From Candidatus Midichloria mitochondrii IricVA (GTDB lineage Bacteria; Pseudomonadota; Alphaproteobacteria; Rickettsiales; Midichloriaceae), in NCBI RefSeq assembly GCF_000219355.1, contig NC_015722.1, forward strand, positions 360,001 to 392,000: a DNA stretch of 32,000 nt, in the 5' to 3' direction. Numbering within the stretch: position 1 is the first letter of the stretch; each line of letters begins with the position of its first letter. Under the pieces are notes generated by a model. It did not search any database. It had not been told where the DNA came from and was given only the letters and a program-made list of their open reading frames with translations. The translations under genes and the position numbers were made by a program. Shown piece by piece: positions 7,747 to 16,456 of this stretch.

Positions 7747-9004
7747 GGAAAATCTAGAAAGCTTTATTGAAGGTATGCAAAAACGTGGAGAGGAAATTGA
7801 TCTTGCTCAATTACTGGAATTAGACGCCTCTACCAGAAAACAAAAATCTATCCTGCAAGAATTGCAAAATAAAAGAAATCAGATCGCAAAGCAGATAGGA
7901 ATATTAAAATCAAAAAACAGCCCTGTACCGGAAAGTTTATTCTCAGAAGCGGAGAGTATTAATAAAGAATCTCCAATAATTGAACAACAAATCGCAGAAC
8001 TAGATTCAGCGCTACAACATTTGCTTTGTAGGTTGCCAAATAACCCAGCAACTGACGTTCCATTTGGCAAGAGTGAAGAAGATAACATAGTCATAAGGAA
8101 GGTCGGAGAGGTTAGACAATTTGATTTTATCCCTAAACAACATTTTGATATCGATAAAGGCCGGATGGATTTTGAAAGAGCGGCTGAAATTTCTGGCTCT
8201 CGGTTTGTAATTCTGAAAAATGACTTCGCACTAATGGAGAGAGCGTTAATAAATTTTATGTTAGATCATCATACTGAACAGTTTGGTTATACCGAATTTT
8301 CTTTGCCTTATATGGTAAATGCAAAGTCTATGTTTGGTACTGGTCAGCTGCCGAAATTTAGTGAGGACTCTTTTGAAACCAAAGATGGATTTAGATTGAT
8401 ACCAACCGCAGAAGTCCCATTAACTAATCTAGTTTCAGATCAGATAATTGAAGAAAAGCAGCTTCCTCTCAGGATGACCGCTCATACTCCATGTTTTAGA
8501 TCAGAAGCTGGTAGTGCTGGTAAAGATACTAGAGGAATGTTAAGACAACATCAATTTCATAAAGTAGAATTAGTAAGCATAGTCAAACCAGAAGACTCAG
8601 AGAATGAATTGGAACGTATGACTTCAGTTGCTGAGAGTGTGTTACAAAAGTTAGAATTACCATATAGAGTTATGCTTCTATGCTCTCAGGATATGGGGTT
8701 TTCTGCAAAGAAGACTTATGACATAGAGGTCTGGTTACCAGGACAAAATTGTTATCGAGAGATTTCTAGCTGCTCTAATTGTGGCGATTTTCAAGCACGC
8801 AGAATGAAAGCACGCTACCGGGATGAAAGAAATAAACAAATCGTTACTTTACATACGCTTAATGGTTCTGCTTTGGCTGTAGGGAGAGCTATGGTGGCAA
8901 TTATAGAAAATTATCAAAACGAAAATGGTGACATTATTATCCCAAAAGTGTTACAAAGTTATATGAATAATAAAACGGTAATCAAGGCTAGTAAAAATGG
9001 ATGA
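7724..9004 (+). CDS. serS: Seryl-tRNA synthetase
   Basis: 426 aa. N-terminal MWDVKFIRENLE coiled-coil arm. Class II motifs present: TPCFRSEAGSAGKDTRGMLRQHQFHKVE and LNGSALAVGRAMVAIIENYQ. Confidence 0.95.
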   Translation: MWDVKFIRENLESFIEGMQKRGEEIDLAQLLELDASTRKQKSILQELQNKRNQIAKQIGILKSKNSPVPESLFSEAESINKESPIIEQQIAELDSALQHLLCRLPNNPATDVPFGKSEEDNIVIRKVGEVRQFDFIPKQHFDIDKGRMDFERAAEISGSRFVILKNDFALMERALINFMLDHHTEQFGYTEFSLPYMVNAKSMFGTGQLPKFSEDSFETKDGFRLIPTAEVPLTNLVSDQIIEEKQLPLRMTAHTPCFRSEAGSAGKDTRGMLRQHQFHKVELVSIVKPEDSENELERMTSVAESVLQKLELPYRVMLLCSQDMGFSAKKTYDIEVWLPGQNCYREISSCSNCGDFQARRMKARYRDERNKQIVTLHTLNGSALAVGRAMVAIIENYQNENGDIIIPKVLQSYMNNKTVIKASKNG

Positions 9005-9569
9005 TAAGAAATTGTTAGATAACTTTGAGTATGCTTCGTTTAATCGCAGAATATTCTCTAGTACGATAGACGTTTTAATCATTGCTCTGCTGTTAACACC
9101 TATTACTAACTCATTAGATTTTTTACTGTACAACAATAAAGGGCTAGCAGTCATGATAGGCGAGTTTTTTAGGTCTAGAAATAATACTGTGAGTTCTGAA
9201 GAATTATGGCAATTTTTAAGTGAGAATCATATATTAGCCAAGTACTTTTTTGTCCAGTTTGTATTGTTTTTAATGATAGGCTTATTCTTTGTTGGTTTTT
9301 GGAACTATAAAGGTCAAACTCCTGGAAAAATGATTACAAGATGTAAAATAGCTGATGCCAGGTCTAGAGCTGTTCCAACAATGAAGCAGTGTATAATAAG
9401 GTTTTTCTCTTATGTTCCTTCAACCCTTTTATTATGCATAGGTTTTATTGTGGCCTCTTTCACTAAAAGAAAGCAAGGCTTACATGATATGATTGCAAAT
9501 ACTATAGTAATTCTTGATAAGAGACCGAGTGGTGATGCCAAACCTGTAGAGAAAAAGATTAACATTTAA
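8997..9569 (+). CDS. RDD family membrane protein
   Basis: 190 aa. Motifs FNRRIFSSTIDVLII, GQTPGKMITRCKI and GLHDMIANTIVI, with three TM segments, are typical of the RDD domain. Confidence 0.7.
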   Translation: MDDKKLLDNFEYASFNRRIFSSTIDVLIIALLLTPITNSLDFLLYNNKGLAVMIGEFFRSRNNTVSSEELWQFLSENHILAKYFFVQFVLFLMIGLFFVGFWNYKGQTPGKMITRCKIADARSRAVPTMKQCIIRFFSYVPSTLLLCIGFIVASFTKRKQGLHDMIANTIVILDKRPSGDAKPVEKKINI

Positions 9570-9590
9570 CTACTAATATCCGTGTATTGA

Positions 9591-12350
9591 TTAATCCGCT
9601 GCGGTGGATCTCAACTCTGTTTCATTAGTAGGAGTACTGAAAGGTTCTGAGGCAGGTTGAGTCGAAGAGATGAATTTAACTACCTGGGTTATGTCGAATT
9701 CTGTATTGAGTTTTGGCATTTGGCCTATAGATTTCACATCAAAAGTTATGGGAGAATTTACTCCAATTGGAATAAAGGAATATTTTGCAATAGAATTCAG
9801 CATTTGGCTAAGCACATCGTACCTAGCAGCCATCGCCCCACTTACCCTATTGTTTGATAATTCGACATTATTAAAGCTCAATAATGAACCTTTAATGTCA
9901 ATACTTCCTTTCATGTTACTAAAAAATGAGGAGCCATAGTTACTATAATAGTTTATTCTGGCTATTTTATCTGAAGCACTTAAGGTTAAATCAGGAGCTT
10001 TAGTGATCTCGTCTAAATCAAAACCAGTCCACTTAATATTTTTACCGATTATATTAACTTGTCCAAGTGATTTTTTTATCGCAGAGCTCCAAGTCTCTCC
10101 ATTACTATTGATGGAACCGCTGGCACTCATATAGCCATCCATCTTATCTAGATTAGTAAAAGTTTTTAATACGAGGCCGGGGTTGACGTTATTTAATACA
10201 AACCGTAGGCTTAGTTGAGGAACATATTCTACAGCAGTGAGGCTTCCCACCCACGCGATTTCTCCATTAAAAAAATCACATTTGCTGTCTATTAGGTTTA
10301 TAATTCCATTGTCAAGCTGTAGGGAAGCCTTAAGGTTTTCTATAGTATTCACTCCATCGATTATAAACGGTGAGGCCTTAAATTTTATTAAACCATCGAA
10401 ATTATATAAACTAAACGTATTTACTTTGTCATAACTCTTGTCTGTTGTTAAGTCTGACATTTTAGGGAAGATTTGGTTTAAAAAATCTAAAGAGAGGTTT
10501 GAAAAATTGATTGCGGAATCTATAGCAGGCCTGAAGTTATCAAGCGATAGGGTAAAATCCGCACTCTCTAATTTAGTTTTATCTTCGGCTTCAAATGAAA
10601 GATTATTGATTGAAAACAAACCTTGGGATAACTCAAAAGAAGTAAAGAAGTCTTTCAGGATTTTTCCCTTAAATGTAGCTTTTTGTGCCATAAAGTCCAA
10701 ATTGACGCTATAATCTATATATCTTAGCCACTTGTGATCATTAACATTTTTGAAATAGGTGCTACCACTTTTATCGCTGTCAGATTGAAATAGAATCTTT
10801 ACCAAATTATCAAATTTATCATCAATATTAAATTTATCAAAATCTAACTCATTAAATTTTAGGGCTGATTCAACTATTTTTTTATTTTTAGCATCTTTAA
10901 TTAAATTGATCCTTCCCATCATTAAAGTTGAATCGAAAGCTGCTTTGATGTTATCTAACCTGATTCTATGTGGTATGATTGAGAGATTCGCTTTCAAAAG
11001 AAATTTTGATATTTCGATGTCGGAGTCTTTACTTTTTTGTAACCATTTTATAGTGCTTGGGACGTCAGTAACTACTACCGATAAATCACCATTAAATTTG
11101 GGTCTGAAATTATTTTTAGAGTAATATCCCACGAGATCGATTTTTCCGTTTCCTGGTAAGAGACAGGATGCCTTATTAATATAAAGCTCGCCATTCATTA
11201 TGTCGGCATTTAAAGCAAAATCATGGATTTCTTGGTTAAAAAGATTTATTGAACTTACATTTAACTCTATGTAAGTGGTAATTAGATTATTAAGGATAGA
11301 GTCAGAAGAATAAGAATGGTAGTCTAACAAATTAATTATTTCAGCGATTTCATCAAATTTTTCGCTTTGTAGGAAGTAGTCTAAATCCAACCTAGTAGCA
11401 CTGAAGTTATAGTACCACTCGACTTTATTATCGAATAACGCCATTTCAATGAAGCCATCAAAGTCAGTAATTCCATTACCAGAAACCTTCATATTAAAAA
11501 ATTTTAGAGCATTATTCTTAAAAGACGAATCAGAATTTATTATGATTTGGCGAGCTTGGAAGGCTGATACTTCTCCCTTTACCGGTTGCTTATTTTTATC
11601 TTCATTTACCTCTTCAATAGCTATTGCGAAATCCTTTAGATTATGGATGTCGAGTGTGGTTTTTCCATGGAATTCTGGATCATCATAAAGTTTATTTCCT
11701 TTACCGGATATCTCTAGGGCAAACATACTATTATCTATTTTTATCAAGGCCTCTTTGACTTTGCCTTCTGAATTTATACCGTTTAGATTTGCACTTAAAT
11801 TATAAGGAGTATTGTTGAATTCTAAATTAGAGTTTAGCTTATAACTTTTGCCTAAAATTGAATTATTAAAATTTAAGTCTAGCTCTTCAATCTTTAAGCA
11901 TTCTACACACTGAACTCCGAAGCTAACTTTTATATTAATTAATTTTACATCTGGAAGAGCTCCCACTAAAGCAGCACCACGTGTGGTTTTGAAATGCTCC
12001 ACAAAATGCTCTAGATCGATTTTTGAATTTATTGCAGCAACACGGTATATATGACTAGCAAAGTCTTTATTAAACATTACCTTATAGCTAAGATAGATTC
12101 CTATGTCTCCTTCATATATTTGTCTATTTTTCTTATCTATAATTTTAACGTCTTTGATTTCAAGATGTGGTAACGGAAATAAAGTTGCGGTAATATCCTT
12201 TTCGATTTTTACATCAATACTGTAAGAGCCTTTAAAAAAGCTCTGCAATTCGTCTTTATACTCATTAAAAGTTAAAAAGTGAGAAAGTGCAGATAGGGTT
12301 AGCAATATAGCTAAGAGAGTACGTAATGATACTAAAAGCAATCTAACCAC
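9591..12350 (-). CDS. Large AsmA-family-like envelope protein (N-terminal membrane anchor, beta-rich periplasmic body)
   Basis: 919 aa with a single N-terminal TM helix (LLLVSLRTLLAILLTLSAL). The long N/S/K-rich body is predicted beta-rich. The family call rests on architecture and size only. Confidence 0.45.
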   Translation of the reverse strand: MVRLLLVSLRTLLAILLTLSALSHFLTFNEYKDELQSFFKGSYSIDVKIEKDITATLFPLPHLEIKDVKIIDKKNRQIYEGDIGIYLSYKVMFNKDFASHIYRVAAINSKIDLEHFVEHFKTTRGAALVGALPDVKLINIKVSFGVQCVECLKIEELDLNFNNSILGKSYKLNSNLEFNNTPYNLSANLNGINSEGKVKEALIKIDNSMFALEISGKGNKLYDDPEFHGKTTLDIHNLKDFAIAIEEVNEDKNKQPVKGEVSAFQARQIIINSDSSFKNNALKFFNMKVSGNGITDFDGFIEMALFDNKVEWYYNFSATRLDLDYFLQSEKFDEIAEIINLLDYHSYSSDSILNNLITTYIELNVSSINLFNQEIHDFALNADIMNGELYINKASCLLPGNGKIDLVGYYSKNNFRPKFNGDLSVVVTDVPSTIKWLQKSKDSDIEISKFLLKANLSIIPHRIRLDNIKAAFDSTLMMGRINLIKDAKNKKIVESALKFNELDFDKFNIDDKFDNLVKILFQSDSDKSGSTYFKNVNDHKWLRYIDYSVNLDFMAQKATFKGKILKDFFTSFELSQGLFSINNLSFEAEDKTKLESADFTLSLDNFRPAIDSAINFSNLSLDFLNQIFPKMSDLTTDKSYDKVNTFSLYNFDGLIKFKASPFIIDGVNTIENLKASLQLDNGIINLIDSKCDFFNGEIAWVGSLTAVEYVPQLSLRFVLNNVNPGLVLKTFTNLDKMDGYMSASGSINSNGETWSSAIKKSLGQVNIIGKNIKWTGFDLDEITKAPDLTLSASDKIARINYYSNYGSSFFSNMKGSIDIKGSLLSFNNVELSNNRVSGAMAARYDVLSQMLNSIAKYSFIPIGVNSPITFDVKSIGQMPKLNTEFDITQVVKFISSTQPASEPFSTPTNETELRSTAAD

Positions 12351-12533
12351 AATAAGTCGAAAAATTAAAATAAGTTTAATTTTTACTATATATGTTGGTG
12401 AATGCGGAGGTCAATATTAAAGCTAGTTCTAGATTCAAAAAATAATTATTTGTAATAACTGATACAATGACAATTGCGCACTACATTTATTTTTACATTC
12501 GAGTTGCTAGGTAAACAAGTGATGTCAAGCTTA

Positions 12534-13014
12534 TTATAATCTTGCACGACAGGTTATTCTTTCTACCATATCAGGATTTTCTACTTTACAGTTTTGCTTA
12601 GTATCTCCTTTTTTGATCATATCAACAAACTCCATTCCTTTAGTAACTTTGCCAAAAGCAGTATATTGATAATCAAGATATTTAGCATCTCAAGCATTAT
12701 AAAGAATTGGCCGTTGGCGCTATTAGGGTCAATATACTTAGCCATTGAAACAATTCCGCGAGTATGATTTATCTCATTAAATTCAGCAGGTAAACTTGGT
12801 TGATTACTTGCCACCAGTTCCGTCACCCTTGGGATCACCAGTTTATACCATAAAACCTCTTTACTCTGTGGAACTTTAAGCCATTATAAAAGCCTTGCGT
12901 TGAAAGCATTAAAATTCTTTCAACGTGTTTTGGGGCTTCGTTTGGGTATAATTCTATTTTGACAGGGCCATACTTGAGCTACATTATAATTTTAGGGTTC
13001 TTCTTTTGACTCAT
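12534..13014 (-). pseudogene. Cyclophilin-type peptidyl-prolyl isomerase, inactivated by premature stops and frameshifts
   Basis: Reading the minus strand from ATG 13014 (GGAGGA upstream) gives MSQKKNPKIIM-TAG-LKYGPVKIELYPNEAPKHVERILMLSTQGFYNGLKFHRV. After frame changes it continues RGFMV-TAA-TGDPKGDGTGG, then PSLPAEFNEINHTRGIVSMAKYIDPNSANGQFFIML, then AKYLDYQYTAFGKVTKGMEFVDMIKKGD. That is at least 3 frameshifts and 2 in-frame stops. Confidence 0.8.
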
Positions 13015-13060
13015 ATCCTCCATCCTATGATTCTGTTGGTTGTTAGGTTCAATAGTATTC

Positions 13061-13878
13061 CCCGGCATTGCCTAATATTTATAGATAGGAGTTTCAAATC
13101 CAGCAAATGCCTATGGAAGAAGAGGGTGAGAGTAGCGCAAAGCATCCTCAGGGGTTTGCTATAGCGCTTCGTTCTTCGATTAAAACTAGCTAGATAATGC
13201 CTCTTAAAGAATTCTTTGATTCTACCACAATGATGTCCCAGCCTTTGTTTTGTGATGGTGCACGGAGATTTTGTAGTATTCATAAACGCTGTAATCATCT
13301 GTACATGCTCATTTATAACGTTCCTCAAAGCCTAAATGACAGGTTCAGGTGGGTTGCCTTGCTCCCGTCACCTACCTTCCAAAATCAATAATTTCACCCG
13401 CTCCTCTATCAACTGCAATCAATATAAAGGTGTACCCCACTTCCATTCTTTAGTCTTTTTTTATATATGTGCACAGCTCCTCAATCTCTAGGACCTCGAT
13501 ATCCTTAAGTGACTTTGTGCTGTTGCAGCTCTTATCTAACTTTTCTTGCACATAGCGTCCCCCCGTCCTTCGATCCATGAAGATATTTGGCTGTTATGGA
13601 TTCCAGTCAGTCTCTCTATCATCCTAATCCCACAGTCCTCAAGGTTAGGTTTTAAGTCTATCATTCATAGTGTATTCTGCCGCTTATCACCTTCTCGGGT
13701 AATTCTTTTTGCAATTCTTGTACCTATTTACCTCTTGCTGTCCCTATACCACGCCATTCTTCACCTGCTCGCTGGAGCCGCAATATTTACACTTGATTGT
13801 CATTTCCTACTTCACCCATTCTACTATGAAGATATCATACCATCTTGTTGCCGTCTATAATTACCGGGCATTGCCTAA
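13061..13878 (-). mobile_element. IS1-family-like insertion sequence relic (about 0.8 kb) with decayed transposase
   Basis: The minus strand carries IS1-type transposase debris: IEVLEIEELCTYIKK..W...IAVDRGAGEIIDF...TDDYSVYE...IKEFFKRHYLASFNRRTKRYSKPLRML. It is bounded by CC(C/G)GGCATTGCCTAA at 13061-13075 and 13864-13878 (14/15 match). Inner imperfect inverted repeats are TATTTATAGA (13076-) and TAATTATAGA (reverse complement of -13863). Confidence 0.6.
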
Positions 13879-14324
13879 AAATATTATTAATAAATATTGA
13901 CATAAATTAGCAATAGTTATACTCACTGTTGGATGCGCTTAAATAGGGTGCTATCTGTGATTTCTCATCAAAAACAGCCCAAAGTTTTAGAAGACAAGGT
14001 GGCTTGGCTGATAGGGAGGGCATTCTTTTCGTCTCTTAATAGTTAACAATTAGATAAGCATACTTTTTTAAGGGGTTGATTATGCGCGATATTTTTTGTA
14101 TATCGCTAAGGGGGTGGTGGTGGAACTGTTTTCAAGCCTACGATAAATTGTATAGCGTTGTAAGCCAACCCCACGGCGTGGCTGTCGAACCCCTTCATTG
14201 CAGTGTAAGAGTTTGGAGGTGGTACAGATATAGATTGTGATGAACTTACTTCACCTGAATCAACATTTTGTGTTTATGATGATTTAGCAAGATTGACGTA
14301 TGTGGATAAATTATCATCTAGGTT

Positions 14325-15671
14325 TCATCGCGCGCTAGTCTCATAAGGGTTTTTTGTTTTAGAAAATATTATTCTAATCGGAGTGCCAACAAAATTAAAG
14401 TGCTTTTGAAGATCGTGATTTAAGTAACGTTCATAATGTTTGCTGACACTCGCTGGAAAATTTACAAATACCTTAAAAGTTGGAGGTCTACTTTTAATTT
14501 GAGTAATATACTTTAATTTTATTCTACGTCCATCATTTGTAAAAGATGGTTGATGATTATGAATGGAAGCTTCAAGCCACTTATTTAACATACTTGTAGT
14601 TAGTGTTTTTTCCCAACTTTGCTTAACTTCTAAGGCTGTAGATATTATTCTTTCCACGCTAACCCCAGCTAGAGCGTTCGTATGTAATATTGGTGTATTC
14701 ATAATAGCTGTTAGTGAATGGGCAAAAAGGTACTCGATATCGTCTTTTAGCTTTTTTTTATCCTTAACAAGATCATGTTTGTTAAACACTAAAAATAAAC
14801 CCTTGCCTTCGTTAATAACCATTTGTGCTATGGCAAGATCTTGTTGTTCAAATCCTTGTGTTGCATCAACTATAAGGGCTACTACGTTCGCGCGTCTGAT
14901 TGCGGTTATGGTTTGCGCATTTGATAATTTTTCTATTTCCTCGTGCACTTTATTTTTCTTCCTTAAGCCCGCGGTGTCAATTAAAGAAATCAGTGTATCA
15001 TTAAAGTTAATATCATAACTTATAGCGTCGCGAGTGGTCCCTGCTTCTGCAGAGGTAATGCTCCTTCGAAAGCCGAGCAATTGATTAAATATCGTGGACT
15101 TTCCGGCGTTAGGTCGCCCCACAATTGCTAGTAACAGCTTTTCGTGTTGTTGTTCATCTTTGACAGATGGAAAATTTTTTAGCTCAGTGGATAGTGCGTT
15201 ATATAAAACATCTAAGCCTAAAGAATGCTCAGCTGCAATATAGACTGCTTCTCCAAACCCAAAAGGCATGAAATCATTAGCAGAAAGAGCGACCTTAGAT
15301 TCACTTTTATTAACAACAAGTATAACTTTTTTGTTACTCTTTCTTACCAAGCCTGCGAATTCCAGATCATCGCTGGTTAGGGGATTCTTAGCTTCGACCA
15401 TAAAAATTATAATATCTGCTTCTTTTATACCTTCTTGGGTTTGACTCATCATCAAGGACTTCATTTGATGCTTTTTATGCTCATTCTCCCAACCTGCAGT
15501 ATCTACAAGCAAAAAATTGAGATCGTCAAAATTGACTAAACACTCTTTACGATCCCTAGTTGTGCCGGCTGCATCTGTCACTATAGCAATTTTTCTGCCG
15601 CACAATCTATTAAATAAGGCAGACTTACCGACATTTGGCTTGCCAACTATAACAACTTTTGGATATTTCAT
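14325..15671 (-). CDS. der: Ribosome-associated GTPase Der (EngA)
   Basis: Two tandem GTPase domains (GKPNVGKSALFNRL...DTAGW and GRPNAGKSTIFNQL...DTAGL, NKxD boxes) plus a KH-like C-terminus. The ORF is open to 15707, but ATG 15671 (MKYPKVVIVGKPNVGKS) avoids a 20-nt overlap with the upstream gene. Confidence 0.9.
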   Translation of the reverse strand: MKYPKVVIVGKPNVGKSALFNRLCGRKIAIVTDAAGTTRDRKECLVNFDDLNFLLVDTAGWENEHKKHQMKSLMMSQTQEGIKEADIIIFMVEAKNPLTSDDLEFAGLVRKSNKKVILVVNKSESKVALSANDFMPFGFGEAVYIAAEHSLGLDVLYNALSTELKNFPSVKDEQQHEKLLLAIVGRPNAGKSTIFNQLLGFRRSITSAEAGTTRDAISYDINFNDTLISLIDTAGLRKKNKVHEEIEKLSNAQTITAIRRANVVALIVDATQGFEQQDLAIAQMVINEGKGLFLVFNKHDLVKDKKKLKDDIEYLFAHSLTAIMNTPILHTNALAGVSVERIISTALEVKQSWEKTLTTSMLNKWLEASIHNHQPSFTNDGRRIKLKYITQIKSRPPTFKVFVNFPASVSKHYERYLNHDLQKHFNFVGTPIRIIFSKTKNPYETSAR

Positions 15672-15687
15672 CTTTTTAGTTTTCGTA

Positions 15688-16257
15688 TTAGTCCATGCTT
15701 GCGTCACGGACTACGAAATCATAGCTTCTCATTCTCTCAATTTCAAGAGCATTCACTGCTGCTTGTAAGACCGATGCGATTTTCGCAACGTCGCGAATCG
15801 CGTCTTTGCTGAGTCCTGCAGCTAACATCCCTTTACTGTGTACTGCTATACAGTGCTTACATGCATTTAATATGGAAACTCCAAGGCAATATAAATCCAT
15901 TTCTTCCTTGGGCACTTCAGTACTTGATAAAGAAAGCATATTTAATTCAGATTCCATATTTTCATAAGCAGAGTCCCCGGCTCTCTCTACAAATTTGTAG
16001 TAAGTGTTGGTCATGGCCATCATTGTCGCAGCAATTTTACAGGCATTCGCATCAACCTCTTCAAGATAGAGCTTGGCTTCTGCTCTTATACCATTTAAAA
16101 GCTGTTCGTGTTTTAAGGAGTAAGCTACAGCTAGCGAAACTCCATAAAGTTGCTTTTGGTCTAAAGCAACTTTATTTTCCTCAAAAATGGAAATTAGATT
16201 CCCTTTTATATCAGCTGCATAATCTGGAAGTTTTCTAATGATACCTAAAATGCTCAT
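15688..16257 (-). CDS. AhpD-like alkylhydroperoxidase / carboxymuconolactone decarboxylase family protein
   Basis: 189 aa. The CKHCIAVH motif (CxxCxxxH) sits in an all-helical protein of AhpD size. Confidence 0.7.
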   Translation of the reverse strand: MSILGIIRKLPDYAADIKGNLISIFEENKVALDQKQLYGVSLAVAYSLKHEQLLNGIRAEAKLYLEEVDANACKIAATMMAMTNTYYKFVERAGDSAYENMESELNMLSLSSTEVPKEEMDLYCLGVSILNACKHCIAVHSKGMLAAGLSKDAIRDVAKIASVLQAAVNALEIERMRSYDFVVRDASMD

Positions 16258-16456
16258 AAACGGTAAAAATTTGTGTTTGACTCCCAGTATTATTAAACAA
16301 AACTAATAATAAGTAAATGAGATACTCACTGTTAAAGATTGTTTTTCTTCTAGAAAAGAGTTGAGTATTCTTAATTATGTATATATTCCTTTACTTAAAT
16401 GCATTAAGAGTTTATTGTGTTCCTATGTTCTCGTGAGTAAATTTTTAGGTGTTGAT

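Noticed and set aside
9657-11688. Six plus-strand ORFs of 65-91 aa (9657-9857, 9670-9939, 10237-10434, 10438-10713, 10906-11124, 11449-11688).
   Set aside because: All lie antisense inside the 919-aa AsmA-like gene. Their composition is low-complexity L/S/F/I-rich, typical of shadow frames of an AT-rich gene. None has an RBS or a recognisable motif.
13197-13900. Plus-strand ORFs 13197-13391, 13546-13860 and 13709-13900, and minus-strand ORF 13011-13328, considered as real genes.
   Set aside because: They lie within or read out of the IS1-like relic. The minus ORF is a transposase C-terminal fragment that runs through the element end into the ppi start region. The plus ORFs are antisense to transposase debris.
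13917-13930. 12-mer atactcactgtt shared between 13919-13930 and 16322-16333.
   Set aside because: Dozens of exact 12-mer matches are expected by chance in 32 kb of AT-biased sequence. The flanks do not extend the match.
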